From positions 32,001 to 96,000 of the IMG/VR virus record IMGVR_UViG_3300002092_001548: a stretch of 64,000 bases of DNA, one strand, 5' to 3'. The translations under genes were made by a program, and so were the position numbers. The notes under the pieces are model-generated. The model was not told the DNA's origin and ran no database searches. It was given only the letters and a program-made list of their open reading frames with translations. The DNA is from a virus. Every line of letters starts with the position of its first letter. Position 1 is the stretch's first letter. Of the stretch, positions 9,763 through 19,025 are shown piece after piece.

Positions 9763-10137
9763 ATGGCAACTAAGAAAACCAAGAAGACAATTACTTTAGA
9801 AGCAACTACACAGCTTGACGGAAAAGTGCAAGATCATGGATCTCAAATGCCGGGAACATTAGATCAAATTATGAATGAATCTATGGCCACTTATAGTGCC
9901 AGAAGCTCGGAAGAGTATATTTCCCAACTAGCAGAAATGAACCAGACAGACTTGCAATCTCATGCTTATAAAGTTGGACTGATTCCTATTGAGGATAGAA
10001 AGGTTTTAGTTGAGAGATTAACCCAAGAGTTTCGGGCATGGGCATCTAGACAGGCGCCAGTTAATACTCAAAATACTACAGTTAATTCTAGCAATATTTC
10101 AGACGAAGTAAGAAAGATTCTTCGTGAGGGTGCTTAA
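9763..10137 (+). CDS. hypothetical protein (post-capsid)
   Basis: 124 aa ORF filling the gap between terminator and neck genes. Confidence 0.6.
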   Translation: MATKKTKKTITLEATTQLDGKVQDHGSQMPGTLDQIMNESMATYSARSSEEYISQLAEMNQTDLQSHAYKVGLIPIEDRKVLVERLTQEFRAWASRQAPVNTQNTTVNSSNISDEVRKILREGA

Positions 10138-10162
10138 TACCGCTATCTGTGTAAAATAGTAT

Positions 10163-10708
10163 GTGAGCGACCCATTTACATACTTTGTTACTAATGTTTA
10201 TAGAGAGTTAGATTATCCAGTTGATTATACTCAGACGAGGATAAGCGGATGGTTTCTTGACTCAGCAAATATTGGCCAGTTAAATAATTTAATTGGTACA
10301 AGCTATACGCCCGGCGCAGTATACGATAATAACGGAACACCAACTGGTTGGTCTATTAATCCAACTATTAGTGGTAATGAATTAGGCATCTATAAGATGC
10401 TCTTTAATTATAACTATTATTCTCACCTTGCCCGAACTGTTGCCGTGAGCGCAACGCGCGCTGGCCAAGATTGGGTAAGTATGCAAGAAGGCGATAGTAA
10501 GATTACTCGCGTTAATAAAAATGAAATTAGTAAGAACTTACGTGCACTTGCAAAAGATGCAAAAGAAACTTTAGACAAGTCTGTGAAAATGTATCTCAAA
10601 TATGGTGCCGTTCCAATGCAGATTGCTGGCGATGATTATATTGGTATTAGCAATTATATATCTTTAAGTCATGATCGTAATCTAGACCGAAGTGATTATC
10701 AGTACTAA
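10163..10708 (+). CDS. head-tail adaptor-like protein
   Basis: GTG start; WVSMQEGDSKITRVN beta-hairpin typical of adaptors; synteny. Confidence 0.5.
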   Translation: MSDPFTYFVTNVYRELDYPVDYTQTRISGWFLDSANIGQLNNLIGTSYTPGAVYDNNGTPTGWSINPTISGNELGIYKMLFNYNYYSHLARTVAVSATRAGQDWVSMQEGDSKITRVNKNEISKNLRALAKDAKETLDKSVKMYLKYGAVPMQIAGDDYIGISNYISLSHDRNLDRSDYQY

Positions 10709-10718
10709 TTATTAAAGA

Positions 10719-11150
10719 ATGAACTATTTAACTAGAGAAGAAAAAAATGCTTATAGTAAAGTATTCTATGATATTCATGATACTTTTTCTCGTAATATAG
10801 TTGTCTGGAGGCATGCAAATACAACACTAATTTCTACAACTCCAGATTATAATTTTTTATACTCTCAAGTTCAGCCTTCTATTTCTGTACAGTATACTCC
10901 AACTAGTGGAGTTTTCTCTGCGAGAATTCAGTGGGAACATGGTTGGAAAATTAATGATGGTAGAGATATTCGCCCCACAATTCGTGGTAACTACTGCCGT
11001 ATTAAAGTTAAGGGCAATGCTCTTCCATATATAAGTGGCGCCGACCGTATTGAGGTAGATGGCAGGCCAATGAATTGGATTGGCTCTTCTGAAATACATG
11101 GATTATTTACTGGGGATTTCTTTCATCTATACCTAAAGGAGAGCGAATAA
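10719..11150 (+). CDS. head closure/stopper-like protein
   Basis: 143 aa beta-rich protein with ADRIEVDG; synteny. Confidence 0.45.
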   Translation: MNYLTREEKNAYSKVFYDIHDTFSRNIVVWRHANTTLISTTPDYNFLYSQVQPSISVQYTPTSGVFSARIQWEHGWKINDGRDIRPTIRGNYCRIKVKGNALPYISGADRIEVDGRPMNWIGSSEIHGLFTGDFFHLYLKESE

Positions 11151-11151
11151 T

Positions 11152-11733
11152 ATGGCAAGTGGATCAATTGATTTAGATCAATTTGTTGCCGAGCTTCTTT
11201 CTACCGATGAGGTTCTAAGGGCTGCTAGGCAAGAGGCTGCTAATGTTTTAGAACAACAAAAAGAAATTTTATTGAGGGAATTTGATAATCATCCAGTCAC
11301 TAAGGAAATAGAGGCCGGGCCAGAAGCGGCCAATCTCTCTGGAACATTGGGGGGTAAGGGTAATTTGTTTTCTTTTATTGGCTTTGATGATGCTGACACT
11401 CCAGTAGCCCCTGTTAAAGAACTTTTAAATGGTATATCATTGGGATCAATGAGACGAAACAATGCGATGGGGGTACTAAATTTTAAAGTTAACATGCCAT
11501 CCGAAGAGGAGTTTGAGGCTATCAGTAAAATGCCTTGGGAGACTGGTCGTAGCTGGTTATTTGAAATTGAGCGAGCAATTTCTGGTCTTGGAAATTATAT
11601 TTATGGGCAGTTCAAAAATTCAAGATCCGGAACTGGATATGAAGCTAGTTCACCAGTTGATACTAAAACTTTTTCTCCTGTCCCATATTTTAGAACGATG
11701 CTAGAAAAATTTGTAATTAAACTTAAACAATGA
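11152..11733 (+). CDS. neck/tail-completion-like protein
   Basis: 193 aa; C-terminal PVPYFRTML; synteny. Confidence 0.4.
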   Translation: MASGSIDLDQFVAELLSTDEVLRAARQEAANVLEQQKEILLREFDNHPVTKEIEAGPEAANLSGTLGGKGNLFSFIGFDDADTPVAPVKELLNGISLGSMRRNNAMGVLNFKVNMPSEEEFEAISKMPWETGRSWLFEIERAISGLGNYIYGQFKNSRSGTGYEASSPVDTKTFSPVPYFRTMLEKFVIKLKQ

Positions 11734-12602
11734 ATCCTACCTATCTAACAACTTTAATGCCGAGTTTTTATTTATGGCTTGACCATGAAATACTTCAGCG
11801 CGGAAATGCGTTTACAGTATTTAGTGGACAAATGTATTCTGGTGCAGATTATAACTATGGAAACATGGTTACATATACATCGCCATTTCGCCAGTGGGTC
11901 TCTGACTCTAGTGTTACGAATGCGGTAATTCCAAGTGGCGTGTATGTCGGCGGGAACTTTGTTGGAAGAGGTACTAGCGGCCTTTCATTAAACTTTAATA
12001 AGGCAGAGGCCGTATTTACTGGGGGAATGGTAGCTTCTAATTTAAAAAATATAACCGCGCAATATTCTGTAAAGGATTTCAATCTTTATTATACAGATGA
12101 AAAAGAAGAGAATCTCTTATTTGAGAATCGAAACTATTTGGCGCCAAAGTTTAATCATGTTACTGGCGGATTATCTCCCGACGATCAGCCTTATCCATGT
12201 ATTTATATTAAAAATACATCCTATGAGAACAAACCGTTTACATTCGGGGGGCAGGAGCAGACAAAAACAACAATTCGTTGCGTTGTTATTGCTGATAATA
12301 TTTTTCTATTAGATGGAGCTATTTCTATAATGTCAGATACCGTTAGAAAGATATTTCCTATTATTCCAAATTCACAGATTCCGTATAATTATTATGGAGA
12401 TTTTAAATCTGGAACATCTTATAGTTATACTGGATTAGCCTACTCCGCACAGCAGGCCGCGCCCGGTAATAATGTATATATTGATCGTGTCACCGTATCA
12501 AGAATGGATGAAATTCGTAACAAACATATTAATCTAAAAACCGTTGCTGCTATGGTTGATTTTGACTTATGGCAAGGTAGATATCCTAGAATTTACTCTT
12601 AA
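11730..12602 (+). CDS. tail terminator-like protein
   Basis: 290 aa; YPCIYI motif; directly precedes the tail tube genes. Confidence 0.45.
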   Translation: MNPTYLTTLMPSFYLWLDHEILQRGNAFTVFSGQMYSGADYNYGNMVTYTSPFRQWVSDSSVTNAVIPSGVYVGGNFVGRGTSGLSLNFNKAEAVFTGGMVASNLKNITAQYSVKDFNLYYTDEKEENLLFENRNYLAPKFNHVTGGLSPDDQPYPCIYIKNTSYENKPFTFGGQEQTKTTIRCVVIADNIFLLDGAISIMSDTVRKIFPIIPNSQIPYNYYGDFKSGTSYSYTGLAYSAQQAAPGNNVYIDRVTVSRMDEIRNKHINLKTVAAMVDFDLWQGRYPRIYS

Positions 12603-12620
12603 AGGGGGGTATAATTATAT

Positions 12621-14819
12621 ATGGCGTCTCCGCGTGGATCAATTCCAAGTACAAGAAATCGTGTTATTTATAATGCGTTAAATTTGTACGTGGGACAAAC
12701 TGATGCTATATCTGGTGATCATACTAGTTTAGGATCGGTTCGTCAGTTAACTCGTGTACAGAGTTTTGATGAAGATTTTTCTCGTAATTTAGTTGACGTT
12801 AATCGTTATGGACAATTGGCTGCGGTGGATCGTATTGATTCGCAGTCACCAATCGTCAAGGCAAATTTTTCATATTTATTAACTGATGCAAGTAATGAGT
12901 ATTATATGGGATTAACAGTTGGTAATTTATTTTCCGGTATATATCCAGCCTCTTGTATTTCTGACATACTTAATGGAAGTACTGATTCTAAAAATTATTT
13001 TTTAACTGTAGCTGATGATGGTAATGATGCAATTAAATACAAGGGAATGAATACTGGAGTAATTGGTATAGGTAATGCATGTATTACAAATTATTCAGTT
13101 GAGGCCGCAGTAGGTCAGTTACCTAAGGCAGCAGTTTCTTTGGAAGGATTTAATATTAATGTTCTCTATCCGATGCAGGGTAATGGTTATGATCAACTTC
13201 CGTCAGTTGATCCTAATAGGGGAAGTTCTGTAGCTGGCGGCTTTATTATTCCCGTGGGGTCGGGGAGTAATTCTGTAGACCAAGTTGCGGCACTCCAACC
13301 CGGTCAAATGACACTTTCGTTAAGCGGTATTCTTGGATTTAGCTCCACTGATCTCAAGATCCAAAATTTTAAGCTTAATATTCCATTAAATAGAAAGCCA
13401 ATAATAAGAGTTGGAAATAAATTTCCCTCATATCGCCCTATAGAGTTTCCCGTTAAAGCTACCATATCAATTGATGCGGAACTAGGGTCATTATATGCTG
13501 GTGGCGCGCCATATAACGCAACTCCATACAGTGGGCAGCTTAATGTTACTGGTGTTCCGCCTTGGTACTTGAACCCTAATGAAGGCAATACTAGCGTAAA
13601 TAATTTTGATAATATACTATGTGATACTGGTGTTTATAATTTACAAGTTGCATTTAAAAATCCAAACTGTGCGGCAACAGGATCAAATGCATTATTGTAT
13701 CAATTTAATAATTGCCGACTATTGAACCAAAAAGTTTCTACTGCAATTGGATCAAATGCCAAGTTAAGTGCGGAGTGGGAAATGCGCGTGGGCGCGCCAG
13801 AAGATTTAACTAATGGAGTTTTTATATATGGAAATGTTATTAATACGCGCCCTTACACTATAACAACCCTTTTAGTAGGGGGTGGAGGAGGAGGAGATGA
13901 TATTGCTTTTAATAAACAATCATTTCTTAATTACCATTTTAATACAGGAGTTGCAAATGGTGGTGATGGTGGACAGGTAGTTATTGGAAACCTATCCTTA
14001 CAACCGAATTCCACATATGGAATATATGTTGGTCCGGGGGGCGCTGGTGCTGGAAAACAGCAAAATTTTGCTTCTACCAGTTCTGCCAGTACAAGCACTT
14101 CGTCATCAACTTCAACTTCAAGTAATAGTACGATGAACCATGCCATCCAATTTGCAACAGATGGTCAAAGTTCGTATATAAATCATAATGCTCAAACAGT
14201 TTTGTTAGCAAATGGTGGCAAAAATGGTTGTTATAATAATTATACAAGAAGTTATGCTGGGGGTGGTGGAAATTTTTCTTCAAACTTGAGCATGGGGGTA
14301 AATGGTGCACCCGGTTATTTTTCTAATATATTAGGAACTGGGACATATTATGGCGGTGGAGGTGCCGGATATTTAATAACAGGAAATATAACTGGGGTTG
14401 CTGGATCGGGGGTGTTAGGGCGAGGCGGTAATGGTGGTTATAATAATGGAAATGGTCGCTTTTATGGTCAACCGCAACATGGTTCTGATGGTGCCGTGAT
14501 TCTTTCTATACCAGCGTCACGATTCTCTTCGCAGTATGCTTTCGGATATGAAACATTTTTTGCACAAATTTCTGGAACTGTTCTTCATCTTATTCACAAT
14601 CCGAATAAATATGTTGACCTTCCTGTTGGATCGCAAATTACTGGACCTGGCGTTTCATCCGGAACTTATATAACAGCACTTCTTGGTAATGATAATTATT
14701 CTGTAAATATTTCACAAAACATTGGTTATGTATCAATGAATGCTACTTTGGGTAGTGTTTCAAGAAATGGTTCGAATGTAATTTTAACTTATCTATCGGC
14801 GGGAACATATACAGCATAA
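12621..14819 (+). CDS. tail tube protein paralog with C-terminal glycine-rich extension
   Basis: First ~405 aa are closely similar to 15686..16891, followed by a LLVGGGGGG...YYGGGGAG...GSDGAVILS glycine-rich domain. Confidence 0.7.
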   Translation: MASPRGSIPSTRNRVIYNALNLYVGQTDAISGDHTSLGSVRQLTRVQSFDEDFSRNLVDVNRYGQLAAVDRIDSQSPIVKANFSYLLTDASNEYYMGLTVGNLFSGIYPASCISDILNGSTDSKNYFLTVADDGNDAIKYKGMNTGVIGIGNACITNYSVEAAVGQLPKAAVSLEGFNINVLYPMQGNGYDQLPSVDPNRGSSVAGGFIIPVGSGSNSVDQVAALQPGQMTLSLSGILGFSSTDLKIQNFKLNIPLNRKPIIRVGNKFPSYRPIEFPVKATISIDAELGSLYAGGAPYNATPYSGQLNVTGVPPWYLNPNEGNTSVNNFDNILCDTGVYNLQVAFKNPNCAATGSNALLYQFNNCRLLNQKVSTAIGSNAKLSAEWEMRVGAPEDLTNGVFIYGNVINTRPYTITTLLVGGGGGGDDIAFNKQSFLNYHFNTGVANGGDGGQVVIGNLSLQPNSTYGIYVGPGGAGAGKQQNFASTSSASTSTSSSTSTSSNSTMNHAIQFATDGQSSYINHNAQTVLLANGGKNGCYNNYTRSYAGGGGNFSSNLSMGVNGAPGYFSNILGTGTYYGGGGAGYLITGNITGVAGSGVLGRGGNGGYNNGNGRFYGQPQHGSDGAVILSIPASRFSSQYAFGYETFFAQISGTVLHLIHNPNKYVDLPVGSQITGPGVSSGTYITALLGNDNYSVNISQNIGYVSMNATLGSVSRNGSNVILTYLSAGTYTA

Positions 14820-14820
14820 T

Positions 14821-15621
14821 ATGGCTATTTTCACACAACTCGATTCAAATAATATAGTCCGAAATCTTTATAAGATTTCTGGTGGTACGGCATCTACCGA
14901 AGAGGGCGGGGTTGCATTCTGTGAACAGATTTGGGGACCGGGCCAATACATTCAAACTTTTGAAGAAGTGGGCCCAAAAAATAAAAGGCATAAAAATGCT
15001 GAAATTGGTGATTACTATGATTCAATAACCGATGGTTTTTATAGCACACGTATAGCACAAAATAATCGTATGCCATCTAGATGGCTAAACCTTCCAAACG
15101 GAACTTCTTACTGTGTTAATTATAGGGTTGCTAGTAGTACATTTCTTTCACTTATTGTAAAACAATATTTTAATAATAATGAGCAGTCGTCACGGCCGCA
15201 TGATTTCGCGCGCACCAATGGCGTTGCTGCGCCAACTGGTACTCCATATGCGATTATTCGTGATCCGGTAAGCAGATTCATTTCTGCATATTCATTAAGG
15301 GTTCGTGGCGTACCCGGCTGGTATCCAGTAGACCAATTTATCGATTGGATGATTGTGCAAGATAAAACAAAATTAAATCCTCACTTCATACCCCAAGTAA
15401 ATCTAGTTGGATCTCCAGAACCATTGGGTATTACTTATTTTGATTTTGCCAAAGACTTTAGTCCCATGGCGGTTACGCTTGGGCTTCCAACGCCAATACC
15501 CCAAAGAAATAAAACTGACGTATCAAAAAAACCAGTATTAACTCTAGATCAAATAACAAAATTACAGAATTTCTATTCTGATGATATGGATTTATATGCT
15601 AGAGTAAAAGCCCAAACATAA
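14821..15621 (+). CDS. fusion of phage tail-accessory domain and sulfotransferase-like (Sulfotransfer_2-type) domain
   Basis: N-terminus MAIFTQLDSNNIV...IGDYYDSITDGF; C-terminus YRVASST, IIRDPVSRFISAY, NPHFIPQ, FYSDD. Confidence 0.65.
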   Translation: MAIFTQLDSNNIVRNLYKISGGTASTEEGGVAFCEQIWGPGQYIQTFEEVGPKNKRHKNAEIGDYYDSITDGFYSTRIAQNNRMPSRWLNLPNGTSYCVNYRVASSTFLSLIVKQYFNNNEQSSRPHDFARTNGVAAPTGTPYAIIRDPVSRFISAYSLRVRGVPGWYPVDQFIDWMIVQDKTKLNPHFIPQVNLVGSPEPLGITYFDFAKDFSPMAVTLGLPTPIPQRNKTDVSKKPVLTLDQITKLQNFYSDDMDLYARVKAQT

Positions 15622-15633
15622 AATATATTTAAT

Positions 15634-15661
15634 AGTGTCTGAATTGGCCTGTCTAATGTAA
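15634..15661 (+). promoter_or_regulatory. putative late promoter AGTGTC-N16-ATGTAA
   Basis: Intergenic, upstream of the major tail tube gene; hexamers identical to the 6876 site. Confidence 0.65.
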
Positions 15662-15685
15662 TTATAACTATAACCTAAAAAATTT

Positions 15686-16891
15686 ATGGCAATACCCTCT
15701 ACTAGAAATCGCATTATTTATAACGCTCTTAACCTTTATGTTGGTCAGGTTGATCCTGTTACCGGAAACCATACAGTTGCGGGAAATATGAGGCAGCTAA
15801 CTCGTATTCAGAGTTTTGATGAGGATTTTGCACGTAACTTAACTGATATTAACCAGTATGGACAATTAGCCGCTATTGACCGTATTGATCTTCAGGCACC
15901 TACAGTTAAGGCTAACTTCTCTTATCTATTAACAGACGGAAGTAATGAAGATTTCATGGGTTTGGATGTTAATACTGGTCAAGGCCAATATTCTTGTATT
16001 TCTGGTATTCTAAATAATACAAGTGATGCACTAAATTATTTCTTAACAATTGCCGATGAGGGTAATGATGCCGTTGGTTACAAAGGTGCAAATACTGGTG
16101 TTATTGGTATTGGAAATGCTTATCTAACCTCTTATGCGGTTGAGGCTGCGGTGGGTCAGCTTCCAAAAGCAACTGTTTCATTAGAGGGGTTGAATATTAA
16201 CGTTCTATACCCAATGCAGGGTAATGGTTACGATCAGCTTCCCTCAGTTAATCCTGCAAATGGAATTCCTGTTACAGGTGGTTTTATAATTCCAGCTGGT
16301 AGTGGTAATAACTCCTCAACTCAGGTTACAGCCCTCCAGCCCGGCCAGATGACTCTTGCTATTAGTGGTATTCTTGGTTTCTCCAATACAGATCTTAAGA
16401 TTCAGAACTTTAAACTTAACCTACCACTAACACGCAAACCTATCCTAAAATTAGGTAGTAAGTTTGCAATTTCCCGTGTTGTTGACTATCCAGTTAAAGC
16501 AACCCTCTCAATCGATGCTGAGATCGGTAATCTATATGCTGGTGGTGTGCCTTATAATACTGGTGCATATTCCAACCAGACTGGTGTTACTGGCGTTCCC
16601 CCTTGGTATCTTGATCCTACTGAAAATAACCAGAGTGTTAATAATCTAGCAAATGCTCTTTGTGATACTGGTGTTTACAACCTGCAGGTTGCATTCCAGA
16701 ATCCTAATTGCGCTGGAACAGGCACAAACGCTCTTATTTATCAATTCAATAACTGCCGTTTAATGAACCAAAAGATCACAACCTCAATCGGTGCCAACGC
16801 AAAGCTAACTGCCGAGTGGGAAGCCCAACTTGGCGGCCCTCAGGATCTAGTTAATGGCGTGTTTATCTCTGGAAGCTATCCTGCTCTCTAA
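15686..16891 (+). CDS. major tail tube protein
   Basis: 401 aa with its own promoter and terminator and biased codon usage; upstream of chaperones and tape measure. Confidence 0.75.
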   Translation: MAIPSTRNRIIYNALNLYVGQVDPVTGNHTVAGNMRQLTRIQSFDEDFARNLTDINQYGQLAAIDRIDLQAPTVKANFSYLLTDGSNEDFMGLDVNTGQGQYSCISGILNNTSDALNYFLTIADEGNDAVGYKGANTGVIGIGNAYLTSYAVEAAVGQLPKATVSLEGLNINVLYPMQGNGYDQLPSVNPANGIPVTGGFIIPAGSGNNSSTQVTALQPGQMTLAISGILGFSNTDLKIQNFKLNLPLTRKPILKLGSKFAISRVVDYPVKATLSIDAEIGNLYAGGVPYNTGAYSNQTGVTGVPPWYLDPTENNQSVNNLANALCDTGVYNLQVAFQNPNCAGTGTNALIYQFNNCRLMNQKITTSIGANAKLTAEWEAQLGGPQDLVNGVFISGSYPAL

Positions 16892-16916
16892 TAGATAAAT
16901 AAAACAATCAAAGTAC

Positions 16917-16946
16917 AGGGCACCTTCGGGTGCCCTTTATTTTTTT
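16917..16946 (+). terminator. rho-independent terminator
   Basis: AGGGCACC-TTCG-GGTGCCCT followed by a T-rich run. Confidence 0.9.
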
Positions 16947-16956
16947 ATAAGTGTAA
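16929..16956 (+). promoter_or_regulatory. putative late promoter GGTGCC-N16-GTGTAA overlapping the terminator
   Basis: Matches the bipartite consensus; would restart transcription for the chaperone/tape measure genes. Confidence 0.5.
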
Positions 16957-17000
16957 TAGAATTTGGTATAATAAGGTAATTAAAGGTTAAAGGTTTTATA

Positions 17001-17237
17001 ATGAATGTAGACATTAATAATTTTGTCGTTGCCGCTGTTACTGGCGAGATTAAAAAGCTGTATCTTTCTTTTCTTTATTCTGCTGAAGATTTAGTTAAAA
17101 CTGGAAAACTTTCCGAAGAAGATTACCAATGGTTAAGAAAACGTATTCTTGATTATGGGAATAATTCAATCCGAAATATTGACATTCAACTAAATAGTTT
17201 TGATTTTAGCTTTAGAAACAAAGAAAATAATATATAA
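17001..17237 (+). CDS. hypothetical protein
   Basis: 78 aa ORF with ATG after the promoter motif. Confidence 0.6.
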   Translation: MNVDINNFVVAAVTGEIKKLYLSFLYSAEDLVKTGKLSEEDYQWLRKRILDYGNNSIRNIDIQLNSFDFSFRNKENNI

Positions 17238-17241
17238 ATTT

Positions 17242-17952
17242 ATGGAAAACAAAAAATGGTACTATCAGTTTGATGCGGAACGAGAAATTAAGAATGAGGA
17301 CGGAACTTCTACAAAAGAAAGTTCAAAGTTCGCAATCTTAAAACCAAACCGCAGAACCCGTGAGGATGGTGAGTTATTTTATGCTAGTGAAACATCTCGC
17401 TTTGCGAAGGCAGGAGTTCTTCCAAAGGCTGCATGGAATACAATTCTTTCTAATGGCGGCGGCACTGTAAGTGATGACCAGAAAGAAGAATATGGTTCTT
17501 TGATTGTACAATTTCGTGATAAGAGTTTTGAGTTGCAGTCCTTATTGATTAAATCAGATGGCGAGCGTAGTACTGAAGAGAAGGCACGTTTAGACCTCTT
17601 AACAACTGAAATGGAAGAGGTTCGTCGGAAGATTCAATCTTTTGAGTCTGCGCAAATTAATATTTTTGAGAATACTGCCGAAGCTAAGGCCAGAAATCGC
17701 GCTATCCTTTGGTGGGTTGTTAACCTTGCCCATAAGAGTATTGACGGTAAATTTGTTCCCATCTTTGATGCTGAAAATTTTGAAGCAAATCTTGATAAGT
17801 ATGATGAGATTGAGCAATTGGAAGATGGTGGCTTTATGATGGGTATTCTTCGTAAGTTTACGTATTTAGTTACGCTATGGTTCTTGGGCCGGGCCGAAAC
17901 AGAAGAAGATTTCGCCACTTTCTCTAAGAACCTAGAATCTGGCACCGCATAA
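17242..17952 (+). CDS. tail assembly chaperone-like protein
   Basis: Probable start ATG 17242 (MENKKW); acidic helical protein between tube and tape measure genes. Confidence 0.5.
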   Translation: MENKKWYYQFDAEREIKNEDGTSTKESSKFAILKPNRRTREDGELFYASETSRFAKAGVLPKAAWNTILSNGGGTVSDDQKEEYGSLIVQFRDKSFELQSLLIKSDGERSTEEKARLDLLTTEMEEVRRKIQSFESAQINIFENTAEAKARNRAILWWVVNLAHKSIDGKFVPIFDAENFEANLDKYDEIEQLEDGGFMMGILRKFTYLVTLWFLGRAETEEDFATFSKNLESGTA

Positions 17953-17953
17953 T

Positions 17954-18985
17954 GTGCAAAAAGTCGAATATGGTAAAATTTTTACAGAGATAACAAACGG
18001 TTATTCTCAGGTTACCATTGATGGTAAAGACTATTTTTTTAAACACCCCAGTCAAGCAGAAAACTTTGAGATCTATGATAGATATAATTCTATCTATGCG
18101 TTTGCCAGATCAAGGGGTATTCAAACTGAAGAGGAAAAGGTTGCTACGGCAATAAAGGGCGGATGGTGGACGAAACAAAAAGAAGATGAGATAGAAAATT
18201 TAAGGGAGTTAAATAAAAGCCTTCGACAAACAAGGGAGAAACTCCTGTATCCATCTCAAAAAGCAGATATAGATAAACAAATCACCCGAAACGAGAGAAT
18301 ACTTGTTTTTAATAATAAGCAAAGAAGTGATGCCGTGGGCTATACTGTGGAACACTATGCTGGGGAAAGATTCCAAGACGAAACTATTATTCAGGTAACC
18401 TATAAAAATAAGGAATTAACAGAAAGGCTATTCTCGGATGATAATGAATATTACTATTTATCTGAGGACATTGTGGAGAAGATAAAGAAGGGTTATAACG
18501 CGCACTCTAACCTAATAACACAGAGAAGTATTAAATGTGTGGCTGCATGTGGCTTTTTTCAGAATTTAATCTTTGTGGCGGAGACGAAACCTTCTGACGT
18601 TTGGGGGCGCGCGGCGACTCAGTGTACAAAATACCAATTAGACTTGCTTATATACGGTAAGATATTTAAAAATTTAATTAAATACCGCGCAGAATCAGGT
18701 ACGCCATTGAGTGAAGAAGTTATTAATAGTCCAGAGAAGCTAGTTGACGTATCAGAACACGAGTCTGGAGGGTCAGCAACAAGACAGGAAACTGCTTCAG
18801 TTTCGAGTTCGGATGGGCAAAGCGAAACTAAGGTTTCTAGTTTTGTGGGCGCAACGAAAGAAGACCTAAAAGCGATGGGTGTTAAAGTTGCAAAGATTGG
18901 CGGTAAAAGCTTATTAGACCTAGCGAAAGAAAACGGTGGAAAGCTTGATAAGGGACAATATCTCGATGCGCGGTTAAAGATGTAA
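17954..18985 (+). CDS. second tail assembly chaperone-like protein
   Basis: GTG start; 343 aa helical protein immediately before the tape measure gene. Confidence 0.45.
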   Translation: MQKVEYGKIFTEITNGYSQVTIDGKDYFFKHPSQAENFEIYDRYNSIYAFARSRGIQTEEEKVATAIKGGWWTKQKEDEIENLRELNKSLRQTREKLLYPSQKADIDKQITRNERILVFNNKQRSDAVGYTVEHYAGERFQDETIIQVTYKNKELTERLFSDDNEYYYLSEDIVEKIKKGYNAHSNLITQRSIKCVAACGFFQNLIFVAETKPSDVWGRAATQCTKYQLDLLIYGKIFKNLIKYRAESGTPLSEEVINSPEKLVDVSEHESGGSATRQETASVSSSDGQSETKVSSFVGATKEDLKAMGVKVAKIGGKSLLDLAKENGGKLDKGQYLDARLKM

Positions 18986-19025
18986 CGTGTAAATATTACT
19001 GAGTGTTTCACTCGGCAAAAGGACT

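Noticed and set aside
14077-14130. Ser/Thr run (STSSASTSTSSSTSTSSNST) as a tandem DNA repeat or contingency locus
   Set aside because: Codons are mixed with no exact nucleotide unit; treated as a low-complexity linker.
12621-16891. Tail sheath (contractile tail) or assembly duplication
   Set aside because: Neither paralog shows sheath-like features, and synonymous divergence rules out an assembly artefact.
17242-18985. Programmed frameshift between the tail chaperones (lambda G/GT type)
   Set aside because: No convincing slippery heptamer near 17952, and the second ORF has its own GTG start.
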